From IMG/VR virus record IMGVR_UViG_3300027808_000117, positions 1 through 29,462 of that record: a stretch of 29,462 bases of DNA; one strand, 5' to 3'. Position 1 is the first letter of the stretch. Every line of letters starts with the position of its first letter. A program made the translations under genes and the position numbers. Of the stretch, positions 10,014 through 17,724 are shown one piece after another. The DNA is from a virus (lineage: Duplodnaviria; Caudoviricetes). The notes under the pieces are model-generated. The model was not told the origin of the DNA, did not search any database, and was given only the letters and a program-made list of their open reading frames with translations.

Positions 10014-11771
10014 TCAGCCTCCGATTTGTGCTAGTAGTGCGTCTAATCCTTGTGGTCCAGGAGGTGGTTGCATTGGAGATTCCGCACCCATTCCCGCAGG
10101 TGCTAAACCAGGCATAGCTTCTGGCGAACCAGGAGGGACTAATGCTGCTTGTCTGTCTCGTGCACGTTGATCTGTGCGCTTAACGGCTTCATACAAAGTT
10201 ACATTCTGTTCAACAACCAAGCGGGTTAGATAAGCCAAATCTTCTGGTTGATATGGTCCATTTGGATCTACTGCCTGTTGTTGAATAGAGCTAAGCAATG
10301 CTGACTCAACACCTTCAGAAATGATTCTATCATGTTCAAGATCTGGGTCAGAGATTAGTGGGTCTGCTTCTCGTGCAGATTCTTTGCTCATCAATCCAGT
10401 ACCCAGTCTTTGTCCAAGACCTACAATCAATCCGTTTACATCTGAACCAGCAGCCGAATATGTTACGTAATGGAAATCGTTGTTCCATAGTTGATTAGGA
10501 ACATAGATAGACATGCCTGCTGCGGCTCGACCTGGAATGTAGAACGACTTCTGAAATTGACCCCAGTACGCTCTTTCAATAGCAATAGCAATCTTGTCCT
10601 CTTGAATTAAAGATGACTCAAAGATTGCTTGTGCTTCCTGTACACGGTAGTCAACTGTTGCCGACAGTACCGAATCTCCACGACGTCCAGTACGGATGTT
10701 GCTTCCTGATTCTCCACCAAACTCTGCAGGGATAGCACCCTCTAAACGTTCTTGACGCTCAAGACGATCCAATGCTGTATCAGTTTTGTATCCAGGGTTC
10801 ACTTGTAACTGTTGAATATCTCCACCCTTAACAACACCAAGCTGTCCAGTCTTGCCGTCAGCAACTTGAATGATCTCAGGGTTCTCTCCTGAACGTGCAA
10901 TCAAATATTCTTCAGGAAAGATACCACGCTCAATAGCAATTTCTGTAAGCGCTTGCAAACGTGCACGTGTGTAGTACATGCCAAGAACGCCGTCAAACTG
11001 ACCGCGTGGCGAATCTAAAGTGATACGTCGTGGGTTAACAACAAGTGGCATACCTGTACGGTTTGGGATTTGCTCCAATATGGTTGCATTAAAGCCACCG
11101 TACATAAGAGCATCTTCGTATGAATCATCTGCGTTACCAACAACACAAAGCTGAATACCTTCAGGGGATACATACTCAAGCAACAAGAACTTCTTGTCAA
11201 CTTCTAAATCTTTAACACCAAGTTGCCCAAGCAACATTTCACCGTATGTACGAACCAACCAAGATACGGTTACACGGTAAGCAAAAATACAATCGTAAGG
11301 TAGTGGATCATCTGCGTCTTCTACTGGGGCAGCGTAGGTATCAAGAGGATTACGTACGGTCCATGTAGGCATTGAAGTTTTAAAGTTTGGTTTAATAACT
11401 ACTGGTGCGTTTGAATAAGCCAACAGATGTCGAGCCCTGCGGCGCAACTTCATATTCATTCTGTTGTGGTCCCAGATAGCAAGCATTGCTTGTTTCTTTT
11501 GACGAGCCTGATTCTTGGCCCGTTCAGATCCATCTTTTGTTGGAGGGAAGAAAGGCTGTGGCATTGTTGATGCAACACGCATAGACATCTGATCCAAACC
11601 CTGAACGAGCAAGTTAGCTACAGATGTTTTAGAGTTCCTATCTAGTTCGTTAAGTGGAACAACAATGTCTCCGTTGGCAAGATCGCGGACACGCCGCATT
11701 TGCTCTTTGATCGGTCCGTCGTTTTTCTTTCGTTGATTGTAAAGCTCAACGATCTCTTGAGCAGCAAGCAT
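10014..11771 (-). CDS. Portal (head-tail connector) protein
   Basis: 585 aa after terminase; VANLLVQGLDQMSMRVASTMP N-terminal helices, GESGSNIRTGR segment and a Pro/Gly-rich tail. Confidence 0.8.
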   Translation of the reverse strand: MLAAQEIVELYNQRKKNDGPIKEQMRRVRDLANGDIVVPLNELDRNSKTSVANLLVQGLDQMSMRVASTMPQPFFPPTKDGSERAKNQARQKKQAMLAIWDHNRMNMKLRRRARHLLAYSNAPVVIKPNFKTSMPTWTVRNPLDTYAAPVEDADDPLPYDCIFAYRVTVSWLVRTYGEMLLGQLGVKDLEVDKKFLLLEYVSPEGIQLCVVGNADDSYEDALMYGGFNATILEQIPNRTGMPLVVNPRRITLDSPRGQFDGVLGMYYTRARLQALTEIAIERGIFPEEYLIARSGENPEIIQVADGKTGQLGVVKGGDIQQLQVNPGYKTDTALDRLERQERLEGAIPAEFGGESGSNIRTGRRGDSVLSATVDYRVQEAQAIFESSLIQEDKIAIAIERAYWGQFQKSFYIPGRAAAGMSIYVPNQLWNNDFHYVTYSAAGSDVNGLIVGLGQRLGTGLMSKESAREADPLISDPDLEHDRIISEGVESALLSSIQQQAVDPNGPYQPEDLAYLTRLVVEQNVTLYEAVKRTDQRARDRQAALVPPGSPEAMPGLAPAGMGAESPMQPPPGPQGLDALLAQIGG

Positions 11772-13507
11772 TAAAACCTACGACCACCAAGCAAATTAGC
11801 TAAAGCCGTAGGCTGCCTATTGTTATTTTTTTTAGGTGCAGCTTTCTTAGCTGGAGCTTTCTTGGCTGGAGCTTTCTTGGCTGGAGCCTTCTTAACTGCA
11901 GCTTTCTTAGCTGCTTCACTAATAGGTTTAGGTTGTTTCAACGGATCTTGACTTGCTGGAGTTTTTGCTTTTGGTGCAACTCCACGCATTTTGTTAAGTC
12001 GTTCAACAGCTCCTGCACGCCTTCGTTCTCTTGCTAAATCTGCTGCTGTTCTACCAGCTGACCGTTGATTATTGGCTCTAATAAATTTTTGATTCTTTGT
12101 AATAAAATCTTGTCTAAGAGTACCTGACAATTTATCTAGTTGACCTTTGCCACCAGTATTAAACCATGTATTAAATTGATCTTGAGTTTCAAATGTATTT
12201 CGGAATGTTTGTCCTGTTGGTTTTGTTGACAAGGCTGGTTTAGCAGCTGGCTTAGCAACTGGCTTAGCAACTGGCTTAGCTGCTGGTTTAACAGCTGGTC
12301 TACCTGCGCTGCCAGACGATGTAATAGTTTTACCTTCAATACCTAAACCGCGTGAACGGAATACTGGATTACCGCCCACACCTTGTTGACCAATATTTAA
12401 AGTTGATCCTGGTGCTGGTACATCTTGATACGGTGCAGCCTGTGCATCAGCTTTTTTAAACGTAGGTTTTTTAGCTGGAGCTTTCTTAGCTGGAGCCTTT
12501 TTGGCTACTTCGGTTTTAATGTTTTCTACAACCTTGGCATTCTTTAAACCAAGTTCAATTTGTTTATCTGCTTGTGTTTGCAAATTTGTTTGTTTAGAAT
12601 TTTCAACCATAACATCAGCTTTAGCTCTTCTTTGTGCAGGTGTTACCGATGGCATAGCATCAGCTTTAGCTTTTCTTTGTGCAGATGTTACCGATGGTGA
12701 TTTAGTCGGAGCCTTCTTGGCAACAGGAGCTTTCTTGGGAACAGGAGCCTTTTTAGCAACAGGAGCAGCTGGCATATCAAACACACGATCAACAACTCGT
12801 TGACCACGTGGCAATTGAAGCGGAGGTTTTTTACCTGTTAACGTTTTTGTTTGAACTACACTTACAAATTTTGAAGCTTTACTAGCTGCTCTAGCTCCTC
12901 TTACCGAAGTTGAAAGATATCCTACGCCAGATACATTTGCAATTCCCGTTACTACTCCCAACAATCCTTCGCCAATTCTGTTTTTTAAAGGAGCGCTTTT
13001 GTTATCCATAGCTCTTTGAATTGCAGCAGAGCCAGTTGCTTCATCTATAAATAGATCTATGTTTCTTTTAGCAGATGCAGCGCCAGACACAATATCTTTA
13101 CCAAGTTGTTTAAATCCAGTTCCTTTAGATTTGCTGCTTGTTTGTACTGTGCCAGGTTTAAATCCAGGGACAGGTTTACGCATAGATGGTGAGACATATC
13201 CGCCAGTTTGTCTCACGGTAGGTGCAGGCGTAGGTGTAGTGTTGTTGTTGTTGTTGCCAGTAAATTTGGCAACATCTGTAGGTGTATAGAAACCTGCACG
13301 TTGTACGTCACCGCTAGCAAACTTCTGTCGAAGAGCAGCTCTGCGTTCTTTGGTTACTTCAGCCCCAGACTTTTCAAGTTCTTTTACACGTGTCTGTACG
13401 TAGAACTGTTGACGTGCCTTTGCTGGATCTAGATCAGGTTTTGATTGGACGAACTCTTTACGTTGCCTGATCCGCTCTAGTTCTTCTGGGGTACGCTTTT
13501 TCGCCAT
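11771..13507 (-). CDS. Highly basic Lys/Ala/Pro-rich protein with PAKKA repeats (histone H1/HupB-tail-like)
   Basis: 578 aa with KKAPAKKAPAKKAPAKKAAPKK, KPAAKPVAKPVAKPAAKP and a duplicated PSVT.AQR.AKAD.M; RBS GGAG; coupled to portal. Confidence 0.7.
   Translation of the reverse strand: MAKKRTPEELERIRQRKEFVQSKPDLDPAKARQQFYVQTRVKELEKSGAEVTKERRAALRQKFASGDVQRAGFYTPTDVAKFTGNNNNNTTPTPAPTVRQTGGYVSPSMRKPVPGFKPGTVQTSSKSKGTGFKQLGKDIVSGAASAKRNIDLFIDEATGSAAIQRAMDNKSAPLKNRIGEGLLGVVTGIANVSGVGYLSTSVRGARAASKASKFVSVVQTKTLTGKKPPLQLPRGQRVVDRVFDMPAAPVAKKAPVPKKAPVAKKAPTKSPSVTSAQRKAKADAMPSVTPAQRRAKADVMVENSKQTNLQTQADKQIELGLKNAKVVENIKTEVAKKAPAKKAPAKKPTFKKADAQAAPYQDVPAPGSTLNIGQQGVGGNPVFRSRGLGIEGKTITSSGSAGRPAVKPAAKPVAKPVAKPAAKPALSTKPTGQTFRNTFETQDQFNTWFNTGGKGQLDKLSGTLRQDFITKNQKFIRANNQRSAGRTAADLARERRRAGAVERLNKMRGVAPKAKTPASQDPLKQPKPISEAAKKAAVKKAPAKKAPAKKAPAKKAAPKKNNNRQPTALANLLGGRRF
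11839..11890. repeat. 15-bp tandem repeat encoding PAKKA
   Basis: GCTTTCTT(A/G)GCTGGA x3 plus a partial copy. Confidence 0.85.
12238..12299. repeat. 12-bp tandem repeat encoding KP(A/V)A
   Basis: TTAGCA(G/A)CTGG(C/T)-like unit, about 5 copies. Confidence 0.85.
12608..12697. repeat. 45-bp tandem duplication within the basic protein
   Basis: CATAACATCAGCTTTAGCTCTTCTTTGTGCAGGTGTTACCGATGG followed by CATAGCATCAGCTTTAGCTTTTCTTTGTGCAGATGTTACCGATGG (3 mismatches). Confidence 0.9.
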
Positions 13508-13544
13508 TTAGTCTCCAATTCCTGTATGTATAAAATAGCACACG

Positions 13545-15494
13545 CTATATCCAAGAAGGACGCCACATCTTTGGAGGGGCATGAAGTGGACGCAACGATG
13601 GCATATGTAGTTCAGCAAACCAATGCGCCATCACCAAGTCGGTGCCGTTCTTCTTATCTCTAGTCCAAGAAGCCATCTCATCTACAAAAGCCATGGTCTT
13701 CCAGTTGGCACGCATGGTTGGAATTCTTACTTGACCTGAACGCCAAAGCGGTGGCAGTAAAGCTTCCACACCTAGGTTCTCGTCAAACTTGTTACGTGCT
13801 GTTGTGTGTGGCACTACGTTTACTCCATGCAAAGCTTGCCATCTACGAACAAAGTCGTGGGCTAACAAGAATCGTTGAGCTGCGTTAATCTCTACAATCC
13901 AATGAGATATCGGATAACCGTAAGCCATTGAACGGTTCTGCCATTCTTCCATGATCCCACCAAACTGGCGGGTCTGTGTGTCGTAACCAAGTAAGTCTTC
14001 TGCTGTTAGCTTTACTCGTTCTACGTCAACAAGGTATCTAAGGTTAGTAGATGGTTGATACAGCCACCATTGCAACGCCCAGAACATTGTTGGTGATGGG
14101 TCTACTGATGCAATAGAAATAATTGGTGGCACTAAACCTTCAGGGATATATCCTGCTTGTCGGTCATTATCGATGCAGCCTGGGTATAGTACGCCGTCTG
14201 GACCTAGACCACCAGTTGCCCACACACGGTTAATCAAGTAATGATCTTCCGATATATCTTTTTGTTGATAGACAACATCAAACTTTCCAGGGGAGCTGTG
14301 TCTTACGTATGATAGATCTTTCCATGAAAGACGGAATGGTTCGAGTAGCGGTCCATTGGGCCATGCTTCTGCGTCTTGTCGTCGAGACTTAGGACCATCA
14401 TCTAGTTCTTCGTAGTAAGCTTTATAGATCAAGTGATGATACTTGTATGTCTTAACTGGTTCTTTATCTTCAGATACATCGGTAACATCAGCGCCGTCAT
14501 AGTCGTCTGCGTCGTAAGCAACTTTGGCAAGACAATGCGCGTAAAGATCTAGCGGTCCGAGACGTTGACCGATAACAGCCAACATGCCACCTGGATCAAC
14601 ACGGGCTTCTGCCATTGAATCCCAACGTTCAATAAGTTTGTCACGGGCAACAGACTCTTTGCTGTTCTCTGGTGATGCAACGTCGTCAAACAAACATAGA
14701 TCGGCACGATGTCCGATGAACTCTGATTCGATACCGTATGCGCTTACTGTTGGCTCTTTGTTATCCAGACCACCAGATCCTTGTTGTTCTACTACGAACT
14801 CCTCTGCACGCCACAGGGCGCCAACATGGTTTGGCCTGAAACGCCCATAGTCCAAAGACAGGCATCCTTCTGCGTTGATAGCCAATCCTTTAGCAACCAT
14901 GTCTGGGTCAGGGATAAGTGGCGATGTACGCTCCAAGGTTTCACGGATACGACGTGAGTACATCTTTGCAAGAGTTTGAGAGATTGACCCGATCATTACA
15001 CGGATTGCTCGGTTGCGTACAATACACCAAACAGCTACGTCGTGGAACAGCGTCGACTTACCTACACCTGGAGGACAGTTAAGAACCATGAACTGTTTCT
15101 GTGAATCTTCAAGCATTGCCACAATCTGGTATGCAGCATCAACCTGCCACGGTGAAGGAACACGCCCCAGATACACGGCACGGAAATAATCAAAGTCTTC
15201 TAATCCGCGTTGCGCTCTTTCAGACAACCTGCTAGATGGGATGACAGGTGGCATGTTAACCATCTCCACTCTGTCTCTTTCAACAGAACCTCTACCACCA
15301 CTTGGCTTAGCTAACTTGACTTGTTCTAACTCAAGTTTGGCTTCAGTTTCTTTTGCTTTAGAACGCCACTTAACTGCTGTGTTATAGCAAACACCAGAGA
15401 TACGTGCAGCTTCTTTAGTAGATACACCAGATTGTAAAGCCTGCCAGAACAGCGCTCGATCTTCAGCCGAGATCGCCCTTCTACCTTGGGACAT
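13545..15494 (-). CDS. terL: Terminase large subunit with N-terminal HTH
   Basis: Walker A CPPGVGKST, Walker B LCLFDD, coupling motif VIGQR, RNase H-like nuclease SVDPS ... WIVE ... TDLVMA. N-terminal HTH GVSTKEAARISGVCYNTAVKWR. Confidence 0.9.
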   Translation of the reverse strand: MSQGRRAISAEDRALFWQALQSGVSTKEAARISGVCYNTAVKWRSKAKETEAKLELEQVKLAKPSGGRGSVERDRVEMVNMPPVIPSSRLSERAQRGLEDFDYFRAVYLGRVPSPWQVDAAYQIVAMLEDSQKQFMVLNCPPGVGKSTLFHDVAVWCIVRNRAIRVMIGSISQTLAKMYSRRIRETLERTSPLIPDPDMVAKGLAINAEGCLSLDYGRFRPNHVGALWRAEEFVVEQQGSGGLDNKEPTVSAYGIESEFIGHRADLCLFDDVASPENSKESVARDKLIERWDSMAEARVDPGGMLAVIGQRLGPLDLYAHCLAKVAYDADDYDGADVTDVSEDKEPVKTYKYHHLIYKAYYEELDDGPKSRRQDAEAWPNGPLLEPFRLSWKDLSYVRHSSPGKFDVVYQQKDISEDHYLINRVWATGGLGPDGVLYPGCIDNDRQAGYIPEGLVPPIISIASVDPSPTMFWALQWWLYQPSTNLRYLVDVERVKLTAEDLLGYDTQTRQFGGIMEEWQNRSMAYGYPISHWIVEINAAQRFLLAHDFVRRWQALHGVNVVPHTTARNKFDENLGVEALLPPLWRSGQVRIPTMRANWKTMAFVDEMASWTRDKKNGTDLVMAHWFAELHMPSLRPLHAPPKMWRPSWI

Positions 15495-15979
15495 TACTTT
15501 TTCTTATTAATATAATTCATCATCGTGTTCTGGAGATTCAGTTTCCCTTTGGCTGTAAGTTTGCCACCAATCTCTTCAACATAATCCCCAACCTTATATT
15601 TCTTAACAATGCTTTCAGCTGCTTTAGCTGCATCATATTCCATCCCTGCTTCAGTAGAAGGCATACGCCCAAAAACTGGGTGGTCTGGTGAGAACTGTTT
15701 TGGATTAGTTGAAGCCGACGGGCGCGGCAAACTACTTTTAGGTAATTTAATAGCACCAGCTTTATAAGCTTTATAATAACTGTAAACCCCTGCGCCGCTC
15801 ATAAGGGCATTAGCAATAGTGTAGCCATCCATACCCATGCTCAGCTGGTTACGCACAGCATCAGACTCTCCGCCGCCTTCTTCTATCTTAGTTTCGTTAG
15901 AGACTGGGTTGGTCATTGATTCTTTATACTCAGATAACGAACCGTAATAGTTAACGCGACCAGATTTCTTTTTTTGCAT
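15494..15979 (-). CDS. Hypothetical protein upstream of terminase (probably leaderless mRNA)
   Basis: 161 aa, TAATG-coupled to terL. No RBS; TATAGT (15992-15987) ends 7 nt before the ATG. Confidence 0.65.
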   Translation of the reverse strand: MQKKKSGRVNYYGSLSEYKESMTNPVSNETKIEEGGGESDAVRNQLSMGMDGYTIANALMSGAGVYSYYKAYKAGAIKLPKSSLPRPSASTNPKQFSPDHPVFGRMPSTEAGMEYDAAKAAESIVKKYKVGDYVEEIGGKLTAKGKLNLQNTMMNYINKKK

Positions 15980-15980
15980 G

Positions 15981-16009
15981 TTGCTAACTATACACCATGG
16001 TGCTAGAGT
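15981..16009 (+). promoter_or_regulatory. Promoter for structured ncRNA A, overlapping the divergent leaderless promoter
   Basis: TTGCTA (15981-15986), 17 nt, TAGAGT (16004-16009) with extended -10 TG; no plus-strand protein gene downstream. Confidence 0.65.
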
Positions 16010-16012
16010 GAC

Positions 16013-16217
16013 CAGACTTACAACGAGCTAAAGCACGGGCCGTACTCTATTCGCACAGAGCGGGGCATTGAACACCAGGCAACTGGGGTAGATCTCCCAT
16101 GACTGGGAGAAGCGACGTGATGAACGATACATCATCAACTAAGGTGTCGGCTAAATGCTTAGCTACGGCGACCTGCTCCATGAAGGATGCGAACCGTGGG
16201 GGGAGCTGACAAGTCTG
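16013..16217 (+). ncRNA. Structured ncRNA A (unknown family; homolog of ncRNA B)
   Basis: Terminal stem CAGACTT/AAGTCTG (16013-19/16211-17); CTCT-ATTCGCAC-AGAG; CCAG-GCAA-CTGG; GGTAG; TCTCCCA/TGGGAGA; TACGG/CCGTG followed by a G-run; TTCGCA (16050-55) complementary to TGCGAA (16188-93). Same elements in the same order as 27110-27262. Confidence 0.75.
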
Positions 16218-16316
16218 CCTCAATACACAACAGTTAACCAGCGTATGTGTACCGTATGCACACAAACTAGCGCCGTAAACCACAGAAAATGTAACAAATC
16301 CACACATATAGAGGAC

Positions 16317-16345
16317 GGGTATTACCCCCCCCTGGGGGTAGGGTA
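16317..16345. other. Candidate packaging-initiation / genome-end site
   Basis: TACCCCC-CCCT-GGGGGTA inverted repeat (16323-16340) in non-coding DNA upstream of the terminase operon, at the edge of the palindrome-depleted block. Confidence 0.45.
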
Positions 16346-16380
16346 GGCTAGGCAGACCCCTAGTTGCCTAGAGACCTACC
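16342..16380 (-). terminator. Hairpin terminator without U-tract after the 80 aa gene
   Basis: GGTAGG-TCT-CTAGGCA loop TGCCTAG-CCTACC, starting about 11 nt after the stop at 16392. Confidence 0.55.
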
Positions 16381-16391
16381 TAGCCTGAGCC

Positions 16392-16634
16392 TTACTTCTC
16401 TACGCTGTAGAGTGTATAGCCCATTTCGCCCTTGGCGAAGTTTGCGCCTACTGTCTTAACTTTCTTGTCAATTCTGACAAGTGTTGGACTTCCGAAACGG
16501 TTTACGAGTTTGACGAGTTCGGACTTCTTACAGTCTCCAAGCCCATCAAATATCTTTGCACCGTAAACGGCATCACCTGTCTTCTTACTGCCTGAGACTA
16601 AGCCCCAAGCACCTATCTTTTCTTTAGTCGCCAT
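16392..16634 (-). CDS. Hypothetical 80 aa early protein (monocistronic)
   Basis: RBS AAAGGGG, own promoter (16688-16716) and terminator; basic, predicted beta-rich; no family recognised. Confidence 0.7.
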   Translation of the reverse strand: MATKEKIGAWGLVSGSKKTGDAVYGAKIFDGLGDCKKSELVKLVNRFGSPTLVRIDKKVKTVGANFAKGEMGYTLYSVEK

Positions 16635-16687
16635 TTGGTTTACCCCTTTTTTATTGGCTCATCAGTTCGGTTGAACTGACTACAACC

Positions 16688-16716
16688 ATTGAAGCACACT
16701 CTCAGGGCTGTGTCAA
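16688..16716 (-). promoter_or_regulatory. Early promoter
   Basis: TTGACA (16716-16711), 17 nt, TTCAAT with extended TG; the -10 is imperfect. Confidence 0.55.
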
Positions 16717-16845
16717 ATCAGGCAATTTTCGGCGTATATATGAAGCAATCTCTACGCCGTATCCCCTAAGCGTTACGCCCTACGCATACACTAAGCCGTT
16801 ATCGGTAGTCCTACACAATAACGCTATCGGTAGCAGTAGGGTATC

Positions 16846-16883
16846 GCCCCCTAGAGACTAAAGGGGTTAAGTCTCTAAGGGGC
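16846..16883 (-). terminator. 14-bp hairpin terminator at the end of the AAA/VWA operon
   Basis: GCCCCTTAGAGACT-TAACCCCTTT-AGTCTCTAGGGGGC (one G-U pair), 10 nt after the stop at 16893. Confidence 0.65.
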
Positions 16884-16892
16884 TTTACAACC

Positions 16893-16955
16893 CTAACGGT
16901 CAGCCGTAACCAACCAAGCAACAATGAATACAATTAGGGTAAATGTCTTACTCAT
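16893..16955 (-). CDS. Putative 20 aa hydrophobic peptide MSKTFTLIVFIVAWLVTADR
   Basis: Manual translation. TAATG-coupled to an ATG-ACA-TAA minicistron with RBS GGAGAAGGG; ends just before the terminator. Confidence 0.4.
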   Translation of the reverse strand: MSKTFTLIVFIVAWLVTADR

Positions 16956-17006
16956 TATGTCATAGTCCCTTCTCCTTCCATATTGTTTGTTTCCATTGAG
17001 TTGTAA

Positions 17007-17720
17007 TCACTCATCATCAGGGTCGAACAATCCAAATAAGCCTTTGCCTTCTTTAATGTCTTCTGCGATATCTTCTTTGACCATACCCATAATCTGGTCA
17101 TACATCACAGGGCTTTGAGCCTTGAGCATTAACGGTTGAGACAGGTGAGTATAAGTGTTTCTTAAGAACTTATAGTCCCACTTGTTGTCAAACTGGTCAA
17201 GGTCAGGTGCTTCATCTTCGTTGGTATCCCACGACTTGGTTATCTTATCGCCAGTCGCCAATATCTTTTGGAACACAAGGATATTACCCAACACCATAGC
17301 CTGAACTGAATAGTCGTGGCGTTTAGCCCTAGCAACTAAGCCTGCTGGTTCTTTCCATTGACTAAGGATAAGCGCAGTCTTTAAGTCGCCTAAGAATTTA
17401 GGGAACTTAGATAACGGGATATCGTCAGTAATGAGTGTAACCTTGCCTGCTTGGTAGTTCTCTTCGTCAAGTGTGTCAGAGCGACCATTGCTAACTAGTT
17501 GCCCATCTCCTGACTCTATGGCTTCTTTGGCATCTTCGGTGTCCACAACTTGGATTGTATAGAACTGTGTCTCTTTGAGTGGCTTGTCTTTATCCATCTC
17601 TTTGATTAGGTTCTTGAATATCACTATGCCTTCAGTCAATGCGTCTGTAGGTTCAGCGATACGCTTACTCTCTTCGTTGATTAGGTTCTCTACTTCTGCC
17701 ATTATGTCTTTGTCTTCCAT
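17007..17720 (-). CDS. Acidic hypothetical protein (237 aa)
   Basis: RBS AAGGGAAAGG; Asp/Glu-rich; downstream of the VWA gene. Confidence 0.7.
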   Translation of the reverse strand: MEDKDIMAEVENLINEESKRIAEPTDALTEGIVIFKNLIKEMDKDKPLKETQFYTIQVVDTEDAKEAIESGDGQLVSNGRSDTLDEENYQAGKVTLITDDIPLSKFPKFLGDLKTALILSQWKEPAGLVARAKRHDYSVQAMVLGNILVFQKILATGDKITKSWDTNEDEAPDLDQFDNKWDYKFLRNTYTHLSQPLMLKAQSPVMYDQIMGMVKEDIAEDIKEGKGLFGLFDPDDE

Positions 17721-17724
17721 TGTC

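Noticed and set aside
2476-12697. Tandem repeats as CRISPR arrays or DGR elements
   Set aside because: They are in-frame coding repeats without spacers; no cas or reverse transcriptase gene is in the window.
16277-16305. DnaA-box-like AAATCCACA / AAACCACA
   Set aside because: Two or more mismatches to TTATCCACA and no cluster of boxes.
16047-16346. Track ORFs 16047-16307 (-) and 16155-16346 (+)
   Set aside because: No RBS, atypical composition, and they overlap the covarying RNA and the candidate end site.
16640-16690. Hammerhead ribozyme suggested by CTGATGAG on the minus strand
   Set aside because: No GAAA core follows (the sequence is GGTAAAC), and the CTGA is itself paired in a simple hairpin.
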